DNA of 64,000 bases. Origin: Tubiluchus corallicola (lineage: Eukaryota; Animalia; Priapulida). The translations under genes and the position numbers were made by a program. Positions 12,601 through 24,104 of this stretch are shown here, one piece after another. The DNA lies in contig JAQGDQ010000432.1 of NCBI GenBank assembly GCA_030141605.1, positions 134,731 to 198,730 on the forward strand, read 5' to 3'. The stretch's first letter is position 1. Each line of letters begins with the position of its first letter. A model generated the notes under the pieces. That model was not told where the DNA came from. It did no database searches and saw only the letters and a list, made by a program, of their open reading frames with translations.

Positions 12601-12695
12601 GTATGCTCCAGAGAACATGCCTTGTCAAGTACTTAAATTTGTTACTTTATGCATGTTCTGATACTAAATATTTAACCAATAGGTGAAAGAAGTAG

Positions 12696-15436
12696 AAGAA
12701 CGCTGTTCTTAGCAGCTAGTGTATTAAAACAGCTGGTAAGAACGCTAAGAACGCTATTCTTAGCAGCTAGTGTATTAAAGCAGCTGGTAGGAGTCACTTT
12801 TTAGAAGAGTTAACATATGAGTTGTTAAGAACGCTATTCTTAGCAGCTAGTGTATTAAAACAGCTGGTAGGAGTCAACTTTTTAGAAGAGTTAACATATG
12901 AGTTGTTAAGAACGCTATTCTTAGCAGCTAGTGTATTAAAACAGCTGGTAGGAGTCAACGTTTTAGAAGAGTTAACATGTGAGTTGTTAAGAACGCTATT
13001 CTTAGCAGCCAGTGTATTAAAACAGCTGGTAGGAGTCACTTTTTAGAAGAGTTAACGTATGAGTTGTTAAGAACGCTATTCTTAGCAGCCAGTGTATTAA
13101 AACAGCTGGTAGGAGTCAACTTTTTAGAAGAGTTAACATATGAGTTGTTAAGAACGCTGTTCTTAGCAGCTAGCGTATTAAAGCAGCTGGTTGGAGTCAC
13201 TTTTTAGAAGAGTTAACATATGAGTTGTTAAGAACGCTATTCTTAGCAGCTAGTGTATTAAAACAGCTGGTAGGAGTCACTTTTTAGAAGAGTTAACATA
13301 TGAGTTGTTAAGAACGTTATTCTTAGCAGCTAGTGTATTAAAACAGCTGGTAGGAGTCAACTTTTTAGAAGAGTTAACATATGAGTTGTTAAGAACGCTG
13401 TTCTTAGCAGCTAGTGTATTAAAACAGCTGGTAGGAGTCAACGTTTTAGAAGAGTTAACATATGAGTTGCTAAGAACGCTGTTCTTAGCAGCTAGTGTAT
13501 TAAAACAGCTGGTAGGAGTCAACTTTTTAGAAGAGTTAACATGCGAGTTGCTAAGAACGCTGTTCTTAGCAGCTAGTGTATTAAAACAGCTGGTAGGAGT
13601 CAACTTTTTAGAAGAGTTAACATATGAGTTGTTAAGAATACTATTCTTAGCAGCTAGTGTATTAAAACAGCTGGTAGGAGTCAACTTTTTAGAAGAGTTA
13701 ACATATGAGTTGTTAAGAACGCTATTCTTAGCAGCTAGTGTATTAAAACAGCTGGTAGGAGTCAACTTTTTAGAAGAGTTAACATGTGAGTTGTTAAGAA
13801 CGCTATTCTTAGCAGCTAGTGTATTAAAGCAGCTGGTAGGAGTCACTTTTTAGAAGAGTTAACATATGAGTTGTTAAGAACGCTATTCTTAGCAGCCAGT
13901 GTATTAAAACAGCTGGTAGGAGTCAACTTTTTAGAAGAGTTAACATATGAGTTGTTAAGAACGCTGTTCTTAGCAGCTAGGTATTAAACAGCTGGTGGAG
14001 TCACTTTTTAGAAGAGTTAACATATGAGTTGTTAAGAACGCTATTCTTAGCAGCTAGTGTATTAAAACAGCTGGTAGGAGTCACTTTTTAGAAGAGTTAA
14101 CATATGAGTTGTTAAGAACGTTATTCTTAGCAGCTAGTGTATTAAAACAGCTGGTAGGAGTCAACTTTTTAGAAGAGTTAACATATGAGTTGTTAAGAAC
14201 GCTGTTCTTAGCAGCTAGTGTATTAAAACAGCTGGTAGGAGTCAACTTTTTAGAAGAGTTAACATGTGAGTTGTTAAGAACGCTGTTCTTAACAGCTAGT
14301 GTATTAAAACAGCTGGTAGGAGTCAACTTTTTAGAAGAGTTAACATGTGAGTTGTTAAGAACGCTGTTCTTAACAGCTAGTGTATTAAAACAGCTGGTAG
14401 GAGTCAACTTTAGAAGAGTTAACATATGAGTTGTTAAGAACGCTGTTCTTACACAAAAACCACTTTAGAAGAGTTAATTAGTTGTTAAGAACGCTTCTTA
14501 ACAGCTAGTGTATTAAAACAGCTGGTAGGAGTCAACTTTTTAGAAGAGTTAACATGTGAGTTGTTAAGAACGCTGTTCTTAACAGCTAGTGTATTAAAAC
14601 AGCTGGTAGGAGTCAACTTTTTAGAAGAGTTAACATATGAGTTGTTAAGAACGCTATTCTTAGCAGCTAGTGTATTAAAACAGCTGGTAGGAGTCACTTT
14701 TTAGAAGAGTTAACATGTGAGTTGTTAAGAACGCTATTCTTAGCAGCTAGTGTATTAAAACAGCTGGTAGGAGTCAACTTTTTAGAAGAGTTAACATATG
14801 AGTTGTTAAGAACGCTATTCTTAGCAGCTAGTGTATTAAAACAGCTGGTAGGAGTCAACTTTTTAGAAGAGTTAACATGTGAGTTGTTAAGAACGCTATT
14901 CTTAGCAGCCAGTGTATTAAAACAGCTGGTAGGAGTCAACTTTTTAGAAGAGTTAACATGTGTGTTGTTAAGAACGCTATTCTTAGCAGCCAGTGTATTA
15001 AAACAGCTGGCAGGAGTCAACTTTTTAGTTAACATATGAGTTGTTAAGAACGCTATTCTTAGCAGCTAGTGTATTAAAACAGCTGGTAGGAGTCAACTTT
15101 TTAGAAGAGTTAACATGTGAGTTGTTAAGAACGCTATTCTTAGCAGCCAGTGTATTAAAACAGCTGGTAGGAGTCAACTTTTTAGAAGAGTTAACATATG
15201 AGTTGTTAAGAACGCTATTCTTAGCAGCCAGTGTATTAAAACAGCTGGTAGGAGTCAACTTTTTAGAAGAGTTAACATATGAGTTGTTAAGAACGCTATT
15301 CTTAGCAGCCAGTGTATTAAAACAGCTGGTAGGAGTCACTTTTTAGAAGAGTTAACATATGCGTTGTTAAGAATGCTGTTCTTAGCAGCTAGTTTATTAA
15401 AAACAACTGGTAGGAGTAAATTGTTCAGAAGAGTTC
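12696..15436. repeat. Tandem satellite, 81-bp monomer, ~33 copies
   Basis: Unit gaagagttaacatatgagttgttaagaacgctattcttagcagctagtgtattaaaacagctggtaggagtcaactttttta, with 80-bp variants. It accounts for all the repetitive ORFs at 12.8-15.3 kb. Confidence 0.97.
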
Positions 15437-15901
15437 ACTGTTGTAAACAAATATTATGAATACTTTTCTGCACAATGACTCTACGATCGTCTGCAATCGA
15501 ACACCTCACCATAATTTGGTGGACAAGACTGACCTCAAGGGACACATAAGGCTAATGCCCTCAATTTCCACAAAGTGTTTTAATATCATCGACTGTACCG
15601 CTGTTCATTGTAATCAGGGCGGACTAGTTATTATGTCAGACTTGTGTGATATTATAACTGTATGAAATGCTATTTTAGTTTTGATTGACATAGAAAATGC
15701 CCCTCGGCGTTGCCTCGTGCATACAAATGTTTTTTCTTGCCCAGATACTAGCTGAAAAGGTACTATCAATGGTTTGAAGTTTATCTTCTTTTTTGTATAC
15801 TCAGCAAATTTCCCCGAATAAGTAAATTAGCAATTAAGCAAAAAAGTTCATTCTCATTATTGAGTGACATGTTATTATGGACTGTGACTTTATCGTTTCA
15901 T

Positions 15902-16258
15902 TAGACATAGACATAGAACATTTATTTTCTCCAGTTAGTTTAACATCAAAAGTTTTTTAAATATTAAGTAATTATAATTATGGAGCAGGGCAGGGAAGGA
16001 CCATAGGGTCATCTAGTCTCCTGCCCTTTCTTATAAATAGGTTAGTATATTAAAAATTAACGGTGATGCTGCAGATAACAAAAACAAACAAAAAAATACA
16101 AATAAAAACAGTATTAATGATACAAATTATCCAAAAGCAACTGAAAACAAAAAATAATAAAGTTAGATACCTAAATCTAAACAAAACAATACAATTATTC
16201 AGTAATTAGGATTATTATATGTAGTAGTTTCAAATGGGGTCTTATTAACAGGGGAATT
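15902..16258 (-). mobile_element. LINE (CR1/L2-group) 3' UTR copy A
   Basis: Reverse complement of 19075-19433 and of 29905-30277, including the gggcagg..ccctgccc stem-loop and the aataaatgttctatgtctatg tail. Confidence 0.8.
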
Positions 16259-17735
16259 CATCAAGCTCTTACCTGTATTACGTAATTCACAGACTTAATG
16301 TTTCGCATGGAGGTAGTATGTATTTATAAGGTAAACTGAATTGTTTAGATCGGATATGTAGATGAAAGATTATATAGCCGCATATTATTTTTAAAACACA
16401 AGAGAACCCTTTGCTTAATTAAAGGTAAAAAATTCGTCTTGATATTTTGTATCACGTACGTACTGCCTTATTGCGCATAGAGCTTGTATTAGCAGTAACG
16501 CTGCATGAAATTGAAAATTTAAACTCCCGTTATAGGCGGACCCAGTTTAACGGTAAGTGATTTGAAACAACTTTAAATGACATTGTGTAAAGTTTGAAAA
16601 AATAATCCGAACATTCGTAGCACATTTTTCACCAACTAAGCAAAAGTTTGAATTGCTTTATCTTGTCAGTAACATTAAAAATACGTTTTTGGTGAGTTAG
16701 TGCTGCACATTTAGAAGGTGAGTCGGTGACTTGCTGCGAACATTTAAAATTTTTCTTTTCTTATCTTCCAAGCTGGTATGGGTAATGCAAAGCAATATAA
16801 TTTTTTGTGTGGAAAGTTTTTGGGGCATATTTTAAAAAAATTTCCCCCATTTTCTTCCCCTTTAACTATTTTTATTTGTTTGGTATTCGAAGTTTTAAGT
16901 AACGACATTTATTAACATTACCGCTTTTTAAGATATTAAATAAACGTATTTAAATTGTGTGTTAACCGGTAAAGACCTAAACTTCGTAATAAAAAGTTTC
17001 AACAACGACAAATTAGGCAACCTTGGATAATTGTCTTTACGTTCTGACGACCCAAGTTCAACGCTCAACAAGGCAATTTTTTCCAATTACTCTTATCTTT
17101 GAAAACTTGCACTCGTGCGTGAGTCGCCCGGCCGACTGTTTCTTTTGTTTGTTTATTTTGTGCAAAAAAACCTGCCTCTCTTACTGCTTGCCCTTGTCCG
17201 CCAAATAGAAGTGTTTGTGTATTTTTACTGCTTGGTGTTTGTATTGCTTTCGTTGATCTGTTAGAGTCTTTAGCTAAGTAATGATTGCCAGTAACTATTG
17301 TTGATTGCAGTAGTTAAAATGTTGCACCTGTATTTGAGAATACACCTGTACCTGTGCAGAGAATTATTGCACCTGTACCTACGTGTGTATTTAGAAGTTG
17401 GGGTAATCAAAGATTAAAATTATTGGAAACAAAATAGAAAATTGTAAATTTGTTAACTATGATATTCATTCACTCGTACTTGGTTATTCATTTTATTCAC
17501 TTGACACATCTCATTTGTTCGTTTGTTTGTTTCGTTGTTACTTGTTTATCCGTTCACTTAATTTGTTATTCATTCATTCATTCGTTCACTCATCTTACAC
17601 ATCTCGTTCGTTCGTTAGTGCATTTTGTTCATTCATTCATTCGTTAATTCATTCATTTCACATATCTCATTCATTCTTTCGTTTGTTTTATTTGAAAATT
17701 TATTGCTTGCTTAGTTATTTGTCAATTTTGTCATT

Positions 17736-17975
17736 AATCATTCAATCACTCATTCATTCACTCATTTAATCATTCAATCACTCATTCATTCACTCATTTA
17801 ATCATTCAATCACTCATTCATTCACTTATTTAATCATTCACTCACTCATTCATTCACTCATTTAATCATTCAATCACTCATTCATTCACTCATTTAATCA
17901 TTGAATCACTCATTCATTCACTCATTTAATCATTCAATCACTCGTTCATTCACTCATTTAATCATTCATTCATTC
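17736..17975. repeat. Minisatellite, 32-bp unit built from ATTC-like tetramers (~7 copies) within a larger (TTCA)n-rich tract
   Basis: aatcattcaatcactcattcattcactcattt is repeated. Confidence 0.9.
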
Positions 17976-18359
17976 AAACAGTTTTCCTTCACCATTTCAC
18001 TATTATTTTTTACCCTTTCTAATCACTTAGTTGTTCATTTGGTCTGTCATTGCCTCTCGCCCTTGCATTTGTTCAGCTGTCCCTTATTCGCTCACTTAGT
18101 CATTCATGCACTTGTTCGTTTTGTTTATTTTCTTGTTGTATGTTTGAGTTCAAATAATTTACAGGATTATAATATTTTCCAAACAGTAGATTATTAAAAG
18201 TTGATTCAATTTTTGCAGTCATAAAATACAATCATCGTTAATTGAAACGTCTTGCTATTGCCCGTAAATGATGTCATTAAAAGACGTTGTCGTTCAACGT
18301 GTCTTTCTCCCGGTCGACGTTTTTGTCGAATGTTTGTGAGCATTTAGAATTCGAGTGGC

Positions 18360-18849
18360 GTTGTTCAGGTAAACGATTGTTCAGGTATTCTGCTTGAAAC
18401 AGGTCGCTCTGACGCAGGTGTGACCTGGAGAGGAATGCGCTGCCGATCGCTTCCTGCTTTGACGTCACGTGCGGGGCGGTTTCATCGGGGGGGGGGGAGG
18501 TAGGGGGTACAGAGAGCCTTTACGGATAATCGGAGGGTTTCATCTGTCACCGAGATAAACCCATACAGCTATTCAAGATTGTGTCAGTTTAACATCTAGG
18601 ACTGTTACACGATTCTTAGTGTTTGTTCTCAAAATCCACGAATCCTGCGCCTTTGGATCCGTCCCTGCCGTGACCCTTGTACAAAGCAGATATAATCAGC
18701 AAAGTTTATCCCTGAAGCGAAACAGAACGCTATCAACTTTAGCACGCCTTCTTTACCTTTGTGAATTATATACCTTGGTTTACATGTCAATTTTTAAATT
18801 TACATATTGCACATGAATTGTTAAAATAAATTTATTGTAGCAATGATAG
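18360..18849 (+). promoter_or_regulatory. Candidate promoter/enhancer and non-coding exon of the Ikaros-like gene
   Basis: Five CAGGT/ACCTG motifs in 18366-18427, an overlapping CRE/E-box tgacgtcacgtg (18460-18471), a GC box ggggcgg, a G-run, GATA sites and a strong donor tag|gtgagt at 18850. Confidence 0.4.
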
Positions 18850-18890
18850 GTGAGTTTCTAAGGCTCTAAACGAAAAACGGTTTTGATTAC

Positions 18891-19433
18891 CTGTAGTACA
18901 TAACTTGTAAGACTAATAAGCAAGCTAGCAAGTTTTTTCTTTTCTTTTTTTCTCCTCCTCTCCTAAGTAATTGTTGCTCTTTCTCATACTAACTTTTTCT
19001 CATAAATTTTTCTACATTACACTTATTTTTTCTTTCCATACTCTCAGTTTTTAACTTTACTCACTAACCTTGGTTAAATTCCCCTGTTAATAAGACCGCA
19101 TTTGAAACTACTACATATAATAATCCTAATTACTGAATAATTGTATTGTTTTGTTTAGATTTTGGTATCTAACTTTATTATTTTTTTTGTTTTCAGTTCT
19201 TTTTGGATAATTTGTATCATTTATACTGTTTTTCTGATTATTTTTTTCTTATTTGTTTTTGTTATCTGCAGCATAGCCGTTAATTTTTAATGTACTAATC
19301 TATTTATAAGAAAGGGCAGGAGACTAGATGACCCTATGGTCCTTCCCTGCCCTGCTCCATGATTATAATTACTTAATTTTTAAAATACTTTTGATGTTAA
19401 ACTAATTGGAGAAAATAAATGTTCTATGTCTAT
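18891..19433 (+). mobile_element. LINE (CR1/L2-group) 3' UTR copy B
   Basis: Colinear with 29720-30277; ends ggagaaaataaatgttctatgtctat. Confidence 0.8.
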
Positions 19434-19899
19434 TACTGAGGAACTGCGTAAATTTGTTTCAGTCTTTCCAGTCCGATTTCATGAATTAAGAAACTTTTCT
19501 TGTAGTTGTGCAATCTCGATTCTGTTTCTGCAATAATAGTGATTTATAATCAAATTATTGTTTGTACACTCTGCTGTGGCTCAGGTCACCTACAGAGGTG
19601 CCACCTATAATCATTTTTCTTCTGTTTTTTCCCTTAAAGAATACTCGATTTCTACTAAAGCTAATCGTAGTACTTTATAATTAGTAGTGAGTTTACTTTT
19701 GTACAGCAGACTTGCGAAACTGATTTCGTGAACAGGCTAACATCACTATTTTAAGCACAAGAAAACACTCTTCATAAATAAAACTTGAGAAATTTGTCTT
19801 GAAATTTTATATCAGTTTCATGCTGTCTTATTGTATTTAGAGCTTGCGTTAGCCGTAACGTATCGTTGTGCAAAGTTTGAAAAAATAATGAGAGCATTC

Positions 19900-20250
19900 G
19901 TAGCCCACTCTTCGCTAAAAAAATTATTTCACATAGTTTTAGCATAGCGGCACCAAAATATAGGTAATGATTTACCAGTCCGTGCACGGAAAATCAATAA
20001 TGTTCAAAAGTTCAAATCATACCTCAAAACTTATTTTTATAAACAAGCCTTTTTAATTCATCAGAAATCTAATATGGATTTATGGATGTAATTACGGCTG
20101 ATTTTTATATACATGCAGTACGATTTTAATTAAATTTATAACAGCCTATTGTGTATGTACTATTTATGTGTTAATATTTTAAGTACGTAAAATGCATTTG
20201 CCCATTTTTAGTGTTAATGCATTTTAAATATTCAATAAATTATTATCCTT
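19900..20250 (+). mobile_element. L2-like LINE ORF2 C-terminus and 3' UTR remnant
   Basis: The frameshifted translation SFSIAAPK..NDLPVRARKINNVQKFKSYLKTYFYKQAF* matches the L2/CR1 terminal motif and is followed by aataaattattat. Confidence 0.65.
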
Positions 20251-20669
20251 ATTATGATTAGTAAGAGTTTTCTTTCCAGTCACATAAATCTTTAGAACAG
20301 GTAAGTGTAATGTTAAACAATAGAACTTTTTATGGAAGATTCTTTGGGAGTAAATTTCTGCCGTTTCCCTTAATACTGGATGACCTAGTTTCGACTGTAA
20401 GTTAAGTTCAGCATGTTCTAGTCACGTGTGGATGGGCGAGTAGATTATCAGTGCATGTATGTATGATAAGTTGAAACTTAAATTCGTGTAAGAAAATTGA
20501 AATATGTATTTTTTTTTTGTTGCTTTCTTATTTTTGCCTAATCATTATATTTGCTCATAATCACGCAAATGAAAGATGATTCGTGATTATTTTGTTTAAA
20601 CGTGTCTTTGCTAGGGAGGGTAGTCTGATGTAGGATTTTGTGTTGAATGTTAACGTCCAGCTACAACGT

Positions 20670-20810
20670 TAAGGTGCTTTCGCACGGTGACAGAATATGC
20701 CGCGGATCTGGCGACAGTAGACCCGGTGCGTACATTTCAAGCGACAAAGATATCACCGGATTTACCGCACGCGCACCGCACAAATCACACTCATGTGCAA
20801 ATCGTCTTTA
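20670..20810. mobile_element. Possible PIF/Harbinger-like MITE
   Basis: Degenerate TIRs aaggtgctttcgcac / gtgcaaatcgtcttt with TTA/TAA-like flanks and a GC-rich interior. Confidence 0.35.
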
Positions 20811-23689
20811 GACGACAGTAGAGAAAGTGTGCTCGCGTTAGAGCAACACAGTTGTCTATTGTTACGGGATCTACAGCTGAATCAATTGGCGATGAATGTT
20901 ATATTTTGTAACATAATACCACGCGATATTCTCGACTTTCTACACGACCCCTCCTCCCCCTCTTCCATAATAAGTTATTGTTCGCGAGCTGCCCTATTTT
21001 TGTCTTGCTCTAAACCGTTCGTCCTACAAGCACACTGCCTTGAGCTGTAGTAGAATAATGTGTGTCGCCCGACTTCCAAGGAATTAGTAATTACACATAC
21101 TAAATTTGCCAACGTAAATTTTATGTCTAACCTCTGTTAACAGTTCAGTGGGGATGTACAACTTAGAGCAGATTTGCTAAATACTGTCCAACGAGCGTAC
21201 AATGGCCCATAGCTGATTCGAGAGCCTTTCTATTGTGATTGTAACTCGTTTACCTCTTTGACTACTATAAATTTCCATTGTCAGATCTCGTATCTGTCAA
21301 GATTAAATTAACGAAGGGCCTCTACGCATTCGCGAGGCATATTCGTAAATGCTGTCTGCACCCCGCGCATGGATACGCCATTGAACTCGCGTTTACTGGT
21401 GACACGTTTCAAAGAAATGGAGTATATATATGCATGCGAAGACCATTGGAAAAACTTGAAAAAGAACGCCAATTCTGGATAGTCAATTATTTCTAGTGTT
21501 CTAATACTGTCAGCACCGGCGTAATGTATGTATGCCTGTGGCAGTTTTTCGACAAAAAGCAGCTCGCCGGTCGAGCGATAGAGGGAACGAGGACACGACG
21601 AATTCTACCTTTTAATTGGGACAATATTGCGCGGCTTTTGTGCGAGGAAGAACTATTGAACTTTTGACAATCGAGAGATCGACGCCGTTATGATCGCTGA
21701 GTAATTTATACGAATTTAAATCATTTAGAACTTGATCTGTCTTGATACACTCGGCATGGGTCCTTGGCCTTGCATTGCGACAGCTTTCTTGACTAATGAG
21801 GTCAACACGTATGTTGACACTTGGCATAAATTTGAAACTTTAAATCGTACGTTGCAGAAAAAAGTTTAATTACCTGTGATAGGATAAACACTTGGTTTAG
21901 GCGGTTTCACAAATGACACTTATTCACTGTAATTATAGCAAAAGGTTTAAGTCTCCCTGTGCCCTGTTTTCTAATCTAAAGGTCCGTGTTTGCCAACTTT
22001 TCTTCGTTCAAGGTTATCTTGTGTGCCAAAAATAAGAAGGCCTTTAACTGTGGATTGTCGGCTGGTAATTTTTTACTATTATGCGCATTCCTTCGAGTTT
22101 GACCAACATAACTGATTGCACAATCATTACAAAAACCTGCAGGAAGTTCATACGTCGGTCTTTTGTAATGGAAACTAGCAGGAAATCCTGAGAAAATATT
22201 CGAGATTGAAGTTTGCTTATGTAATATTATTTTAACGGCGAATTTTTAAGAAGTTTCAAAATGGATTACGTCAATATGTGGTGTGATACACCTGTGACTG
22301 TTTGTCCTTCAGCTCACAGCCCCAACGCCTCTCTTCATATAACTTGTCTTGCTGAATCTTTATTGGCAATCTTCCAGATAAGCCCTGGTTTTTGTAAGAG
22401 AAAATATAGCTAGAACTTTCTTGGTACTAGAAAAGGGGAATTCCAGACTTGAGTGTGATTGCTCGTTTCATCAATTTAAATTATCAAGCTATTATTGTAT
22501 ATTTGTAACATATCTAAATAGAAATTTAAGTGGTATTCGTTTCTGTACAGCAAGGAATGCATGCTTCAGTTCGTAATATAAACAATAAACTTGCAAATTA
22601 TATTAATTATGTAAAATGCTAATTTTCAAATTGTTATCAGTCCGTTGGGGTATTGCAGATTGCAAGGTTCGAGTGAAGGTAAGGTTTAGTAAAAAAATCC
22701 ATTACAAAAATAACCTAAAAGTTCAACTATTACCACCATGGCTATTTTTAGCAAATTTATGAAGTTTAATGAGCACTGTAACAGGGACTCCTGGCTGTTT
22801 TGTAAGTCAACTAATTTCTTCTTTCGCTTATTAGTTTTTAATAGAGTTATGGATCTATTGTTAAAGATGTGTTCCTCAAGGACTAGTCAGTATGGAATAA
22901 TACTAGGATCCTTGAGCTTGATATGTGTGGCTCACGGGCAACACGCCTAGCTCTCTACCCACACCTGTACTTCGTCAAGGTTGGCAGTAAAATGTTAAGG
23001 TTCCTGTGTTTGAGGGACAACGCAACGTCTACTGCTCTACTTTTGACGACTGACCTTCATTGGATGATGTTTTTAAACAATAGCTTCCATGTGCTGCGTG
23101 TAATTTAGCCGTCCCAGAAGTTTTGTTTGTCGGCTAAGACGTTCACTTGCTTCTTAGTTGGCTAAAAACGTTCTCTTGTTGACCGGGAATTGATAATTAG
23201 TTTTGGAAATTTTCTAGTTTCTTATCTGATCCTTATCCTCTTGCCTAAAGCTTGTATTTTTCTACGTCTAAGACCTGTTGTATTGACTCATTATAGTGAT
23301 AAACCGGTGGAAGATACCTGCAATATTAGAGGACGTATTTTAGCCTCGTAAATTATTTAAATATTTAGCGAGAGCTTTCATCTTATCAGCGAAACACGAA
23401 AGGGGAAAACAGTACAGTATTGCACGATGTTGAATTTCTGTTCCCCGTTTTCCCAGTCCATTCCTACTAATAATTCGGTGGGATTTCCTGTAGGATTCTC
23501 CTCTGATTTGTTTGGTGAAAGTCACACGAAATCATGAAAAGAACGCATATATTCAGTACATATTAGGGACCAGTTCGACGAGAAAAGTAATAAAAGCCGA
23601 GTCAGTTTTTTGTCATTTGATTCGCGTTTTATTAGAAAGAATTTCCTTTGATTTTAGAAATAGCATAAATATTTTGTTATTATACAGAG

Positions 23690-24064
23690 AGACCTGCCTA
23701 CGAATTGAGACTGGCAGGTGGAGCAGGACCAGACGAGAAAATAGAATATGTCAGTTTTGTGATTTGAATGTTGTTCAAACCCTTACCCATGCGGTCTTAG
23801 AATGTTCCGAAACTAAATATGCTGACTGTGTTGAACATATCAACTCTTTTATCACGCAACTTACTGTAAACAAAGCCAAATATTTGTATAAACTTGATAA
23901 ATTTTGTGGAAATAATGATCTTTAATTAATTTTCATTAAAACATGTAAATATTTCCCGATTGCAATTAATATCACACTAGATATTTATATTTCATTTAAT
24001 GATGCGTCTCGCTTTTCAATGGACATATTGTTTTATAAGTTATGTTATGTTTTTGCTATCTTAC

Positions 24065-24100
<36 letters not shown>
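23690..24100 (+). mobile_element. Non-LTR retrotransposon ORF2 C-terminal fragment with (TA)n end
   Basis: LRIETGRWSRTRRENRICQFCDLNVVQTLTHAVLEC is the typical LINE C-terminal Cys/His motif; (ta)n at ~24068-24097. Confidence 0.7.

Positions 24101-24104
<4 letters not shown>

Noticed and set aside
12794-15346. Repetitive 27-aa-period ORFs on both strands; superficially CRISPR-like or leucine-rich-repeat-like
   Set aside because: They arise from an 81-bp (27-codon) satellite that happens to lack stops in two frames and is broken by 1-nt deletions. There are no unique spacers and no cas genes, and the context is eukaryotic.
18841-18849. 9-nt coding micro-exon (ag|caatgatag|gtgagt)
   Set aside because: It introduces a stop after METS, and its ATG is out of frame with the 25973 exon, so if used it is probably 5' UTR.
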